Virus record (IMG/VR): IMGVR_UViG_3300045988_117710
Origin: a virus
DNA: 64,000 bases
Strand: one strand, 5' to 3'
Position numbers and translations under genes: made by a program. Under the pieces are notes generated by a model that was given only the letters and a program-made list of their open reading frames with translations, made no database searches and had not been told where the DNA came from. This document shows positions 33,078 to 44,078 of this stretch, one piece after another; position 1 is the first letter of the stretch; each line of letters opens with the position of its first letter.

Positions 33078-35000
33078 ATGAAAGCTTTTCAAACTATTGT
33101 TCCTGAAAATACAATTTCTCAATGGGTTAACGCATTTAACAATAATGCGTTAGCTTCATCTGACCATACTTTCTATCTTGGTGAGATTTTATTTAGTTCT
33201 GTTCTTTATACAGGGAATGAGACTATTGGTAAAAGAAAGATAGATTTTGGTAAGGATATTTCAGTAGATTTTACTAATGTATATCCAGATGATGTTGTTA
33301 TTGATAATTGGTATGTGTATTTCAGAAACACTAATAAGATAGTATTTATTAATGATTTACATTTAGACTTAACAGATCCAACTAAGTATGATAGTTATAC
33401 TACCGATGATTTATACTTTGTATTTCTAAATTCTGATTTAGGATACCGTGTAAGTCATAGTCCTGTTCCTAGAGGAGAGGAAGCAAGACTATTTAGATTT
33501 GTTTGTAATGGTACTACTTTTTCACAAGTAATTGCAACATTTCCTCGTTTTGGTTATTTTGGTTCTAATGGTACTTACGAAGAAGTTCTAGGTTTTGATT
33601 TAAAACCAGTTCCTGCTTTATCTGTAGGTCTTAATGATGGTATTCTTGAGTATGATGGTGTTTCTTTTACTAATCATGTTAGACCAGATAGATTAATTCG
33701 TGAAGCTGAGTATCAAGAAGCATTTAGTGTTGTTAAAGGTGGTAAAGGTTATCGTACTGATGATGTTGTTTATATTGATAGCAATTATGTAGAAGTTACT
33801 GGTGTTAATCTAGATCCTGATGCTTGTAATGCGTGGGTTAGTGGTGAGTCTTATTCTTCTGGTGATGAAGCTTATATCGAAGATTTAGGTTTATATCGTT
33901 CTTTAATTGAAGATAATACAATTAAACCTGGTACAGATGCTAGTGCTTGGACTTTTATTGATTATGTAGGTGTTGTTACTTCTATTATTCGTTCTGAAAG
34001 TTCATCAGTTTCTACTTATGGTACAGGTCTTGAGATTGAATCAATCCAATCATATAAACCATGTAATATAATCTATAATACTAGAGAGAATGGTTTAGAC
34101 TTCGATAGTTCTTCTATTAATATTGATTCTAGTTCATGTTTAGATTACACAAATAATACTTATATTGAAATTCCTTATGGTAAGTTCTCTATTCAAAGAG
34201 TTATGTATGATTATCTTCAAGATACTTTAGTATTTCAATATGGTAATGCTTATTATGATTCTTTAGATGAAGCTGTAGATGCTATCTATTCAGTTGATTA
34301 TCCATTCCCATATGGAACTTATATCTTCCCTGTTCTTGGATTTATGTGTGTTAAGTCTGGATGTACTAATGTTATGGATGAAGAACAATGTAGATTCATT
34401 CAAATTCGTACTAGAACAAGTGATATTCGTGATACTGAATTACTTGCTACAGATGATTATGCAAGAGGTTTAATCGTTGATGCAATGAGATTAATTAAGG
34501 ATTTACAACAACAGATTAATGTACTTAGAGCTGATTTAGATTCTGCTAAGAAAAGATTAAGTGCACATACTTCTGATTATGCAAATCCTCATAGAACAAC
34601 TCCATGGAATTTAGTTAATGGATTCAATAAGGATAGTTGGTTAGATCCTAATACAGGAAATCCATGGAAAGTTGAAGATTTACCTTTACGTGAAGGTTCA
34701 CCTACTAAGGTTTATATTGATAAGGAAGTTGCAAAGATTAATACTACTATAACTAACTTAAAAGATATTTATGTTAAGAAGTCTGGTGATACAATGACTG
34801 GTACTTTAACTATTAATAAGGATTTGGCTTTAGTTGCTAATGGTACTTGTAATTTAGGTAGAGCTGGTATTGTAAGTGCTAACTCAGTTGGTGCAGTTAA
34901 GATTATGCCACAATTTATTGTATGTAATGGTTACTCATTCTTCGTTGGTGCTTTACCTGTAGGTGCTGATGCTAATAAAGCGTATGGTATTATGAAATAA
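33078..35000 (+). CDS. tail fiber protein
   Basis: 640 aa; coiled-coil segment then SAHTSDYANPH and KKSGDTMTGTLTINKDL (tail-fiber hallmark GDTMTGxL). Confidence 0.6.
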   Translation: MKAFQTIVPENTISQWVNAFNNNALASSDHTFYLGEILFSSVLYTGNETIGKRKIDFGKDISVDFTNVYPDDVVIDNWYVYFRNTNKIVFINDLHLDLTDPTKYDSYTTDDLYFVFLNSDLGYRVSHSPVPRGEEARLFRFVCNGTTFSQVIATFPRFGYFGSNGTYEEVLGFDLKPVPALSVGLNDGILEYDGVSFTNHVRPDRLIREAEYQEAFSVVKGGKGYRTDDVVYIDSNYVEVTGVNLDPDACNAWVSGESYSSGDEAYIEDLGLYRSLIEDNTIKPGTDASAWTFIDYVGVVTSIIRSESSSVSTYGTGLEIESIQSYKPCNIIYNTRENGLDFDSSSINIDSSSCLDYTNNTYIEIPYGKFSIQRVMYDYLQDTLVFQYGNAYYDSLDEAVDAIYSVDYPFPYGTYIFPVLGFMCVKSGCTNVMDEEQCRFIQIRTRTSDIRDTELLATDDYARGLIVDAMRLIKDLQQQINVLRADLDSAKKRLSAHTSDYANPHRTTPWNLVNGFNKDSWLDPNTGNPWKVEDLPLREGSPTKVYIDKEVAKINTTITNLKDIYVKKSGDTMTGTLTINKDLALVANGTCNLGRAGIVSANSVGAVKIMPQFIVCNGYSFFVGALPVGADANKAYGIMK

Positions 35001-35009
35001 TAGGGAGGT

Positions 35010-36035
35010 GTGATTATGGCATTATTACCAAATTACTCACCATTTTTTAAGTATAGAGGTTCCCATGATATTTACTCTTTAGGTTATAATACTCACTATT
35101 ATGATTGGACAAAGGGTGAAGGTACTACGGATTATATAGCTCACTTCATATATAATCCGCAGTCCACTAATGGTTCTACTGGTAAGATTATTAAGGGTGA
35201 CTTTTGTTTACATGGTGTTGCTAGTTGGAATACTAAATATGTTGCAGGTTATTCTGCTGAAGGTTCTTGGGGTATTCAAGTTAAGTTATGGTGTCATGAT
35301 AGAAGACTTGGTACAGATCCAACTAAATCAAATCAGTGGGTTGATAGAACTTCTTCATTAAGAATCACTCCTAATAATACTTGTATCAAGATGAATACTT
35401 ATTGGAATACCGAAACATTCCAAAGTGGTAGACCAATATATGGTATTTCTATTCACAAGAATGGAGAACATGTTACTTATGATACTAGTCAGTTAGTTGG
35501 TATGTCTGCTACAGCAATTATTGATAAACTTAAGAGTGAAGGATATCATGGTAATAGAGGTTTTGACCATGATCCATTCTATTTACCTGAACTTGTTGCT
35601 TATCGTTACCAATCTAATAATGGTAGTTGGAGTCCTTCTTCTAGTCACATTACTCCTTTTTATAGAGGTATCGTTAATATTAGTTATAATTCCTATACTC
35701 GTTCTAATACTAAGAAATCAACTGTTGATGGTGGTGGAGGAAATGAGTTAGAGTATAAATTTATCTTTGATAAGAACAATGGAGTTGGGTTAGATTATTT
35801 CAGACTTCAGTTCATTGTTGAAGGTATGAGTTGGTTCTTTCCAGAGAAACCAATATTTGCTGATTATAATAAGATAGACAATCCAATGTTATCAGTTCCT
35901 GATTTTTGTAATAGAAGTGATATTGTTAATTGGCCAGATAGATTCGATGCTATGTCTTATTACTATGATGGTTCTTGGAAGAAGTCTATTCCATTATTTA
36001 AGTTTTATGATGGTAGCAATTGGGTATGTTTTTAA
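35010..36035 (+). CDS. hypothetical structural protein
   Basis: ORF track; sits between tail fiber genes; Trp/Tyr/Asn-rich. Confidence 0.4.
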   Translation: MIMALLPNYSPFFKYRGSHDIYSLGYNTHYYDWTKGEGTTDYIAHFIYNPQSTNGSTGKIIKGDFCLHGVASWNTKYVAGYSAEGSWGIQVKLWCHDRRLGTDPTKSNQWVDRTSSLRITPNNTCIKMNTYWNTETFQSGRPIYGISIHKNGEHVTYDTSQLVGMSATAIIDKLKSEGYHGNRGFDHDPFYLPELVAYRYQSNNGSWSPSSSHITPFYRGIVNISYNSYTRSNTKKSTVDGGGGNELEYKFIFDKNNGVGLDYFRLQFIVEGMSWFFPEKPIFADYNKIDNPMLSVPDFCNRSDIVNWPDRFDAMSYYYDGSWKKSIPLFKFYDGSNWVCF

Positions 36036-36068
36036 TATATTATATAAGAGGCGATAAGGAGAGGTTAT

Positions 36069-39000
36069 ATGGCAATTTATAAGTCAAATATTTTACAAGC
36101 CACTGGTGCTGAAAGAATAACTGTTGCTGATGTAGATAGTGTTTATCTTGAACCTGGTTTACATTTCTTACCTGAAGTCTATACTGTAGTTATAGATGGT
36201 TTGAATAAAGATGTAGCTGTTGAGGGTTCTTCAAAGTTCACTTATGATGCTTGGGCAGTTATTTGTACTAATTCAAACAAAGCCGAACGTGGTGGTTATA
36301 CATCTTCAAGAATTCAGATTTGGATTCCAGTAGGTAATCGTGATAATAGCTCTCCTTACTATTTATCTGATACTAAGAACTATTTCTTTATAAGAATGAG
36401 AAATGGTGATTTACCTGGTGATGGTTGGGGTAGTTTTAGATTATTTGCTAGTGGTGAATCAGTTTCCTATGTAGGTACTGAAGAAGGTTTCTATTTAGTA
36501 GATAATAAAGACTTTAGATATCCTGTTATCCAATCTGATAATAGTAAGGCAGATAAAGTTTCTACTATTGTGGAAACAACTTTTGGTGGTACTAAGTACA
36601 AAGCTGGTGAGATTATACCTACAAGTTCTAAGTTTATTAATGCTCAGATTTTAGGTGTAGATGCTTCTGGTACTCCTACTAGAGTTGCTTTAACTAATAA
36701 GAATGTAACTGCAACTGAAGGTTCTGGTTGTACTATTACTATTGATATGCCAGATTTTAGTTTTATATCTGGTGCTAATTATTCAAAGAATGACATTATT
36801 CCTACAAGTGATGTTAATATAAATGCTAAGGTTTTAGCTGTTGATGAGTTTGGTACTCCTACAGAGTTAGTTCTTACAGAGTCACCAACTACTGCTACTA
36901 ATGGTTCTGGTTGTACAGTAACTATTAATAATTCAATTGTTGAAGTAGATAGATTTGGAAATCTTCGTGAGTCTAAACTTAAAGCATCTTTGATTGATTC
37001 TTACACATTTACTTATCAAGATTCTTATGTGTATGAACTTAATTTCGATGAATCTTATGATGAGTCTGAATTAGCTGCGGCTGGTTCTGATTATGGTTTT
37101 GGTTATACACCATTCTCATTTGAGAATTTTAATTATTCCTTAATTGATAAGTATACTGGTAAGGCAATTGAGAATGCTGAAGTTTCATTTAATACTTCTA
37201 AAGGTCCTTACATTCCTGCAGTTAATCCTGGTTCATTAATTTGGTATGGATTTGTTGATGTTAATGGTAAGGTTACTACAGAAGATGGTACAGGTTATAA
37301 GAATGGAGATAAGTTTACATTTGTTGTAGATGGTAATACTTATAATGGTACTGTTACTGATGCTTCTGCTCATCCTATTAAGATTTCTCATAATATTCCA
37401 TCAGGTCCTAGTGGAGCTCTTTGGAGTTTATCTGAAGGTGCTTATAGTACAACTAATACGAGTGGTACTGGTAAAGGTTTAAGAGTAATTATAACTCATT
37501 CAATTCCTGCACCTAATTATACAATTGATCCTAATCATGAGAATCCTGATATTCCAGATAAATGTTTAGTTTGGTCTGGGGTTAAGGCAATTACTAACGA
37601 GTCTATGACTAAGGTTGGTGTAATATTTATACCATTTACTATTTCATTTGACCAAACAATTAATGGTCAAATAACTCATATAGAAGAACATGGAACTGTT
37701 ACTGTTGTAGGTCTTTATGGTACTAAACCATATTGGATAGCTTCTAACTTTAATACAGTTTCATATAATACAACTTCTGCTGAGGGATGGGAAGTTGGTG
37801 ATGCATTTACAATTAATGTTTTAGGTGTTAAGTATCGTGGTCAAATTCTAGATACAACTACAGATCCTTATAACATTATTACTGATATTCCTCAAAGTTC
37901 TGACAAGAATATGACAGGACAATATATTGCAGTTTCTGATCCTGAAGATGCTGATAAGAAGAACCTAGTAGTTAATATTAACTCTGTTAACTCTCATACT
38001 TATAAGTTAGGTAATTCTTATGTTGATCCTCATGGTGGTTACGATCCTGCATTCTATTCTAACTCTCAAGTTGATATTCTATGTAATCAATTGAAGTTAC
38101 CAAATGGTACTGATTGGAATATTGTTGCTTATTCTGGAATTCATGATAATAGAGAGTTCAAAGAATTAGCAAGAACAACTACTATTAGTAATGATGCTAC
38201 TAAACGTTCTGATTATAAGATTCCAACTGAAGCTGCAATTGGTGATTGGGTAGAATCAAAGCTTGATAGTGATGTTGTTAAGAGTTTAGTTGCTGATTGG
38301 ACAGCAAGTGGTGAACAAATTCATTTAGTATTAAGTTCTGGTAAGGATGCTTCAGTTGTTACTGTTCCTTATGCAAGTTCAACTCAAGATGGTTTAATCA
38401 AGAAAGAGATGTATGACCAAATCAATCTTGACCATACTACTTTAGAGTCATTAAAAGGTTTAGATTCAATTGCTGCTAACTTAGGTAAGAAGAGTGAAAT
38501 TACACAAGCGAAGATGAATCAAGCTTGGGCTGCAGCTGGTAAGGGAAATCCTGTTGAAGGTAATAAGATTATCAATACATCTGAAGGTGATAACCAAGGT
38601 CACAACTGGATGTACTTAAATATGGGTGGAGTTGTTCAATGGTATGACATTGGTTCTGGTAATGTTGCAATTGCTACTAACTCAATGCAAGGTGTTGTAA
38701 TGGGAACTCCTCCAGATACTGAATATGATTACTTATCTGAAGTTGTTAAGCAAACTGGTTCAGCAGTTAACTTTATTAATGAAACTTTAACTACTTCATT
38801 AGCTGGTGCAACTGATTTTGAAGTTGTAGTTGACAATACAGATTCTGAAGGTAATATTACTGCTTATACTCTTAAGTATAAAAATGCAACTCCTCCTAGA
38901 GGTGTTCAAGAATTTATGCTTAGTGGTGTTTCATTTAAGAAGAATCATACAACTCCATTGTATTATACAAATGTTATAGTTTATGATTCGTCTGCTGCAA

Positions 39001-40259
39001 GTGGTTATGTTAATAAGGAATCATTTAAGATTAATGGTATTACTGGTGATTATAATGGTTATGTTATTAACTCATTTGTAAATCCACTTGAATGTATTTC
39101 TAATATTCCTGTTAAGACACCAACTAATATATCTGGTACTTATACAACTACTTCTACAAATGGTACTGGTGCTGGATTAAAGGTTGTTGTAGTATCTACT
39201 CCTTACTATGAAAGTGTAGATTTAAGATTAAATATTACTTCTTGGACTTTACCAAGTAATACAGTACAAATTGCTGATGCTGAAGGTCGTATGACTGTTC
39301 AAGGTGTTGCTACCTTAGCAGACCAAGTTACTTTCTTAAGAGAGAATAAAGCTGATAAAAAAGAGATTACAGTTACAAGTTCAGATTCTTCTATAGTTAT
39401 TACTAAGCCAGAAGGATTTGAAGATGATCCTAAATTTGATTTGAAGTTCAATTTATCTGGTTCAACTCAATGGGTTACATTGACAGGATTAATTGATGGT
39501 TTAACTTCTTCTTGGGATTTAACTAATTACTTCTCTGGTTTATCTACTAATAATACTGAATTCTATTACGGTGATGGTATTTTAATACCTGGTATTGACT
39601 ATACATTTGTAAGTTCAGTTCTAATTAATCAAGGTGGTGCTGGATATAAAGTTGGTGAAGTTGTAATGCTTGATAATGATTCATTACGTTCTGCCAAGGT
39701 TTTAGCTGTAGGTGCTGCTGGTCAAATTACTGATGCTGAAGTTACTACTGCATTACCTACTCCTACTGATGGTACTGGTGCTCAGTTATCTGCTCAATTC
39801 ATATTTACAAGTTTAAAAGAACCTTATATGAATTCTGCTAACAATAGAACATTTATGGCGAAAGCTGTTAAGTTATCATTGATTTCTGAATTATCTGGTG
39901 TGTCTGCTGTAGTAGACCCTACGAATACTATTAACTGTGGTGTTCAAGATAATACAGCAACAATTGGTTTAAATGTTCAAGCTGTGCTTAGAGCAAATAG
40001 TTCTCAACCATGTTATATTAACTTAGCTACTCCAACTCCTTCACCAAATATTGTTACTCAAGGTTCTATTGTTGGATTGTTACAACAGTTAACTAATAAT
40101 GTGGATTATATAATGAAGAATGCTGTATGGAAGTATAATACAAATGCAAATAAGATTGAAATTGCAATCCAAGATGCACCTGTTACTCCTAAAGCAAATA
40201 CTGATATCTTGAAGATTAGACCATCTGATTTAGGTCAAGATGCTAATCCATTAGGATAG
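36069..40259 (+). CDS. very large tail/baseplate-associated protein sharing the GxGY-x-VGD-xFT repeat family
   Basis: 1396 aa; repeats DGTGYKNGDKFTFVV, EGWEVGDAFTINV, GGAGYKVGEVVMLD and paired GSGCT(I/V)TI and TSGTGKGLRVIIT/NGTGAGLKVVVV segments; followed by terminator. Confidence 0.55.
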   Translation: MAIYKSNILQATGAERITVADVDSVYLEPGLHFLPEVYTVVIDGLNKDVAVEGSSKFTYDAWAVICTNSNKAERGGYTSSRIQIWIPVGNRDNSSPYYLSDTKNYFFIRMRNGDLPGDGWGSFRLFASGESVSYVGTEEGFYLVDNKDFRYPVIQSDNSKADKVSTIVETTFGGTKYKAGEIIPTSSKFINAQILGVDASGTPTRVALTNKNVTATEGSGCTITIDMPDFSFISGANYSKNDIIPTSDVNINAKVLAVDEFGTPTELVLTESPTTATNGSGCTVTINNSIVEVDRFGNLRESKLKASLIDSYTFTYQDSYVYELNFDESYDESELAAAGSDYGFGYTPFSFENFNYSLIDKYTGKAIENAEVSFNTSKGPYIPAVNPGSLIWYGFVDVNGKVTTEDGTGYKNGDKFTFVVDGNTYNGTVTDASAHPIKISHNIPSGPSGALWSLSEGAYSTTNTSGTGKGLRVIITHSIPAPNYTIDPNHENPDIPDKCLVWSGVKAITNESMTKVGVIFIPFTISFDQTINGQITHIEEHGTVTVVGLYGTKPYWIASNFNTVSYNTTSAEGWEVGDAFTINVLGVKYRGQILDTTTDPYNIITDIPQSSDKNMTGQYIAVSDPEDADKKNLVVNINSVNSHTYKLGNSYVDPHGGYDPAFYSNSQVDILCNQLKLPNGTDWNIVAYSGIHDNREFKELARTTTISNDATKRSDYKIPTEAAIGDWVESKLDSDVVKSLVADWTASGEQIHLVLSSGKDASVVTVPYASSTQDGLIKKEMYDQINLDHTTLESLKGLDSIAANLGKKSEITQAKMNQAWAAAGKGNPVEGNKIINTSEGDNQGHNWMYLNMGGVVQWYDIGSGNVAIATNSMQGVVMGTPPDTEYDYLSEVVKQTGSAVNFINETLTTSLAGATDFEVVVDNTDSEGNITAYTLKYKNATPPRGVQEFMLSGVSFKKNHTTPLYYTNVIVYDSSAASGYVNKESFKINGITGDYNGYVINSFVNPLECISNIPVKTPTNISGTYTTTSTNGTGAGLKVVVVSTPYYESVDLRLNITSWTLPSNTVQIADAEGRMTVQGVATLADQVTFLRENKADKKEITVTSSDSSIVITKPEGFEDDPKFDLKFNLSGSTQWVTLTGLIDGLTSSWDLTNYFSGLSTNNTEFYYGDGILIPGIDYTFVSSVLINQGGAGYKVGEVVMLDNDSLRSAKVLAVGAAGQITDAEVTTALPTPTDGTGAQLSAQFIFTSLKEPYMNSANNRTFMAKAVKLSLISELSGVSAVVDPTNTINCGVQDNTATIGLNVQAVLRANSSQPCYINLATPTPSPNIVTQGSIVGLLQQLTNNVDYIMKNAVWKYNTNANKIEIAIQDAPVTPKANTDILKIRPSDLGQDANPLG

Positions 40260-40265
40260 GTTATT

Positions 40266-40305
40266 AAGAACAAGTGAAAGCTTGTTCTTTTCTTTTTCGT
40301 ATAAT
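40266..40305 (+). promoter_or_regulatory. terminator hairpin followed by TCGTATAAT promoter motif
   Basis: AAGAACAAG loop TGAAAG CTTGTTCTT plus T-run (40266-40296); TCGTATAAT 40297-40305. Confidence 0.5.
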
Positions 40306-40356
40306 ATTACTAGAGTTATTAATTATCGATGACCACTTCAAAAGGTTTTGGTTGTT

Positions 40357-40365
40357 TCGTATAAT
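40357..40365 (+). promoter_or_regulatory. second tandem TCGTATAAT promoter motif upstream of dam-like gene
   Basis: Exact 9-mer 60 nt after the first copy. Confidence 0.45.
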
Positions 40366-40382
40366 TTAGTGAGGTGTATATT

Positions 40383-41552
40383 ATGTCAGTGACAAAAGCA
40401 AAGTGTATTGGTTATTTAGGTACGAAGACAGGGATTGCGGATCCTATTTTTGCAACATTGGTTCAGAGAGAACAAGATTTAGAGAGTAAGAACTTCTATG
40501 ATTTGTTTGGTGGTGGAGGAAGTATGTCGTCTTTCTTTGCTGAAGCTGGTTGGAATGTTCTTTACAATGAGTTCAATAACAATATTAAGTCTTTATTTGA
40601 GTATGTTGTGTTAGATAAGTTACCTGATTCTTTTTGGACAAAGCCAGAGTGGGTTTCTAGAGAGAAGTTTAAGGATGTTGTAACTAATCAAAGCAAATAT
40701 GATCCTTGGTTTGTAGGTTATTGTCAAGCTTGTTGGTCTTTCTCTGGTACTCAAGATTCTTATATGTATGGTGATTTATATGAAGAGTATAAGAAATTAG
40801 TTCACGATTGTTATGTGTATTGGGAGAATGGTGAACCACAACAGGAAGCTGTAGATGCCTATAATAGACTTAAAGAAGTTATAGCTGGTCTTACTTTCTT
40901 TGGAGAGTCTTTACCATTTGAATCTGATTTACCTTTATTTAGAATGACTAGTTTAACTGAGATTAAGAATTGGGCAAATCAATCTCTTAAGGTTATGGTT
41001 GATATTTGGAATAGACATAATCCAGATAATAAATTTAAGACAGCACAAGAGTTGAATGCTTATCTTAAGAAGAATGCTAAGGGTTCACCAGAAGCACAAG
41101 ATTTCAATGTCCTATATACTTTTGTTCAATCTTTTGGTAGATTGGAGTGGAATTCGAAGTTAGTTTCTTTAGAACCTTTGAGAGGTATGACTAAGAATAC
41201 AACAGGTCAAATTACGTTCAAATGGGGCTCATATGATGAGGTTGATATTCCTGATGGTTCTTTGGTTTATTGTGACCCACCATATGCTAAAACGGCTTCT
41301 TATGCGTCTAATAGTGAGGGTGGATTTGACCATGGTAAGTTCTGGCAATGGGTTCGTGAGAAGTCTAAAACTTGTTCAGTTTATGTTTCTGAAGAGACTG
41401 CTCCAGATGATTTCTATTCTGTATTAGATATTCCTTTAGCAAGAGGTTTAGGTTCTGGTAAAGGTGATGGTACTAAGAAGATTGCCATTGAGAAGTTATT
41501 TGTTCATGAGTCAAAACTCACTGAAAAGGATAGACAAGATTTAGGTTTATAG
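40383..41552 (+). CDS. Dam-family N6-adenine DNA methyltransferase
   Basis: N-terminal GYLGTKTGIADPI (like Dam KWAGGK); motif I LFGGGGS (FxGxG); motif IV DPPY; RBS GTGAGG before ATG 40383 (track ORF starts at GTG 40374). Confidence 0.7.
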   Translation: MSVTKAKCIGYLGTKTGIADPIFATLVQREQDLESKNFYDLFGGGGSMSSFFAEAGWNVLYNEFNNNIKSLFEYVVLDKLPDSFWTKPEWVSREKFKDVVTNQSKYDPWFVGYCQACWSFSGTQDSYMYGDLYEEYKKLVHDCYVYWENGEPQQEAVDAYNRLKEVIAGLTFFGESLPFESDLPLFRMTSLTEIKNWANQSLKVMVDIWNRHNPDNKFKTAQELNAYLKKNAKGSPEAQDFNVLYTFVQSFGRLEWNSKLVSLEPLRGMTKNTTGQITFKWGSYDEVDIPDGSLVYCDPPYAKTASYASNSEGGFDHGKFWQWVREKSKTCSVYVSEETAPDDFYSVLDIPLARGLGSGKGDGTKKIAIEKLFVHESKLTEKDRQDLGL

Positions 41553-41597
41553 TTATATATTACAATAGTATGTTATAATGATATTGGAGGAGATATT

Positions 41598-42347
41598 ATG
41601 AACAAATTGTTTGAAAGTGTTGATAGTTTATTCTCAAGTAATTCTAGTGTTATTTTAGAAGCAGAGTTTATTCCTGCTACTTGGGATGATGCAATTGGTA
41701 CAAGTTATTTAACTGTAATTAATCCAGATATTAATCCTAATGATTTAGAGAAGGTATTAGGTCCTAGTCTTGGTCCTTCTAGTGATGGTAAGAGTGATTA
41801 TAATTGGATTGTTAAGTACAATGATGAAGTGTTTGCTGTATATGATTACAAGGGTGATCGTTGGCATATTGGTGGTGAAACTGATAGTAATGTCAATGGG
41901 TTTATTGAAGCCCTTACTAATGGTTTAAGTTCTTTATCTGAAGATGAAGAATCAAAGAGTGAACGTGGACATAGAGAGTTTTATGATTATATAGTTAATA
42001 CTATTAAGAATGGAGATTCTAAAAATGAGAAGAGACCTTGTACAGTATGTGATTTCTCAAATATAGAAATTGCTCCTTTTAATGAGAGTGATCCTTATTA
42101 TTTCAATATTATTTTCAAGAATATTCCTGATTCTTCAAACAACAAATATGTTGAGTCTTATTTAGTAACTAACTTTATAGAAACTGATGGTTATTACAAA
42201 CCTATCAATTCTATTACTTTGAGTGATGGTTCTTATATTCTTGATGTCGATACAAGAGTAGCTGATGAAACATTTAATACTGTTAAACCTTTTACAGCTA
42301 TTCTAGATGAGATTTATGATATTGTTTATAATAACAATATAGCTTAG
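41598..42347 (+). CDS. hypothetical protein
   Basis: ORF track. Confidence 0.4.
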   Translation: MNKLFESVDSLFSSNSSVILEAEFIPATWDDAIGTSYLTVINPDINPNDLEKVLGPSLGPSSDGKSDYNWIVKYNDEVFAVYDYKGDRWHIGGETDSNVNGFIEALTNGLSSLSEDEESKSERGHREFYDYIVNTIKNGDSKNEKRPCTVCDFSNIEIAPFNESDPYYFNIIFKNIPDSSNNKYVESYLVTNFIETDGYYKPINSITLSDGSYILDVDTRVADETFNTVKPFTAILDEIYDIVYNNNIA

Positions 42348-42364
42348 TAGAATGATAAGGAGGA

Positions 42365-43348
42365 ATGATGAAGTCAGATCAAGAGTTTTTCATTGAGAGA
42401 ATGTATAAATTCTTCAAATCAACTCTAGCTGAAAGTATGACTAAGGATGATCTTGATATCATTATTCATCTTATGTCATATGTTTTAGGTGATATTGATT
42501 TTGAAGCAACTAGAATGAAGTCCTATGTAGCGATTGATTTAACTCCTACTGATAGGATTCAACAATTATCTACGAATGTTGCTTTCCCATGGTCTAATGC
42601 TCTTACACCAGAGCAACAAAGACAATATGTTAAGTTATATCACTTGATTAGAAGAAGACGTGGGACTGTATGGGCAATCGAAAATCTTTGTAAGGTTTTT
42701 GGTCAAGATACAGCTTCTTATTATCAAGCAAGTGATTTACGTTCTGTTAAGCTTTTAGAGTATCCTTACAATTATACTGGAGATGCTCCATGTGATACTT
42801 TAAAGGATGAGAATGGTAAACCAATTCTAGATGAGAATGGTTGTACTATTCCAGATAAATCAAAACCATTAAAGTGGTGTTATTATCAATCAGGAGCACC
42901 TAAGTTTCCTGGTGATATGGTTTTAAGAATTCCACATATGACAACTATTCTTTATAATGAGATAGTTAATACAAAACTTGCTGGTACAAGATTATATTTC
43001 TTATTTTATTTTATGCAAGGTATTTTCCATTGTGCACCTAGTACAACTGGATTAAGTAATAGAAAGTTCTTCTTCGATCCTGCTTATGGTAAGGATTATT
43101 GGAAGATATCAGATTTACAAGCACCGGCTTGGGATAAGACTCCTACATCAATTATTATGTATATGGAGGATTATCAAGTAGGACATTATGTAGATAACTA
43201 TGAGGTTACTGCAAGTCAAATGTTCAAGGTTAAGACAGTTAAGCCATTTGATAAGGGATGGATTTTCCATGAGGTTAATACTCCAAATTATCGTGGTTAT
43301 ATTATTAGTTCTGAACAAATCGTTGATGACGAAGTTTTATATAATTAG
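42365..43348 (+). CDS. hypothetical protein
   Basis: ORF track. Confidence 0.4.
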   Translation: MMKSDQEFFIERMYKFFKSTLAESMTKDDLDIIIHLMSYVLGDIDFEATRMKSYVAIDLTPTDRIQQLSTNVAFPWSNALTPEQQRQYVKLYHLIRRRRGTVWAIENLCKVFGQDTASYYQASDLRSVKLLEYPYNYTGDAPCDTLKDENGKPILDENGCTIPDKSKPLKWCYYQSGAPKFPGDMVLRIPHMTTILYNEIVNTKLAGTRLYFLFYFMQGIFHCAPSTTGLSNRKFFFDPAYGKDYWKISDLQAPAWDKTPTSIIMYMEDYQVGHYVDNYEVTASQMFKVKTVKPFDKGWIFHEVNTPNYRGYIISSEQIVDDEVLYN

Positions 43349-43367
43349 TTTAAGAGGAGAGTAGGTT

Positions 43368-44018
43368 ATGAGTACTTATATCACACCAGAGTTTCCTAAT
43401 GTAATTAAGACACAAGTTATTACATTGAAATCTAGACAAAGAAGAATGGTAGATTTCTATAATTTACCTGGTAGTTTCTATATGGCTTTTGGTAAGCAAA
43501 CTCCATGGAAGTCTGATACTGATCCTAATGTTAGTGATACTAATCCACCAGTACCAGATCCTAATCAACAATATATAAGTGAGTTGATTGGTCTTTGGAG
43601 AATTCAATGGAAGATGTATGCTAAGCCATTAATTAATCCAACTACTGAAGAGAAGAATAATCATATCAAGCCAATTTATAGTGGTGAGCAAATAATTGGT
43701 TATACAGATGGTGTTGAGGAATACAAGGGTGTTTACTATGCTTGTACATTGAATCAAGAGAAGGCACTTAATGAAGGTTATACTTGTGTAATGCTTTATG
43801 CTTATCTTGATAGAGATGATGTGTTCCCTGCAAATGTTACTTTCAGACAAACTGGTTTATATGTTCAATCTACAAAGACAGATTTATATATTCCTGCTAG
43901 TTCTTGGAATAACTATTCTGAAGATGATAAAGGTTATTTAGAGCTTATTTGTAATTGGAGACCTTATACTAGAAGTTCTGAAACAAGCGAAGAGTTCTTT
44001 TCGTTATTCTCATTTTGA
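43368..44018 (+). CDS. hypothetical protein
   Basis: ORF track. Confidence 0.4.
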   Translation: MSTYITPEFPNVIKTQVITLKSRQRRMVDFYNLPGSFYMAFGKQTPWKSDTDPNVSDTNPPVPDPNQQYISELIGLWRIQWKMYAKPLINPTTEEKNNHIKPIYSGEQIIGYTDGVEEYKGVYYACTLNQEKALNEGYTCVMLYAYLDRDDVFPANVTFRQTGLYVQSTKTDLYIPASSWNNYSEDDKGYLELICNWRPYTRSSETSEEFFSLFSF

Positions 44019-44078
44019 TTATACTGGAAAGTATACTCTTTTTACTTTCTAAATTATATATTAATTTAGGAGGTTGTT

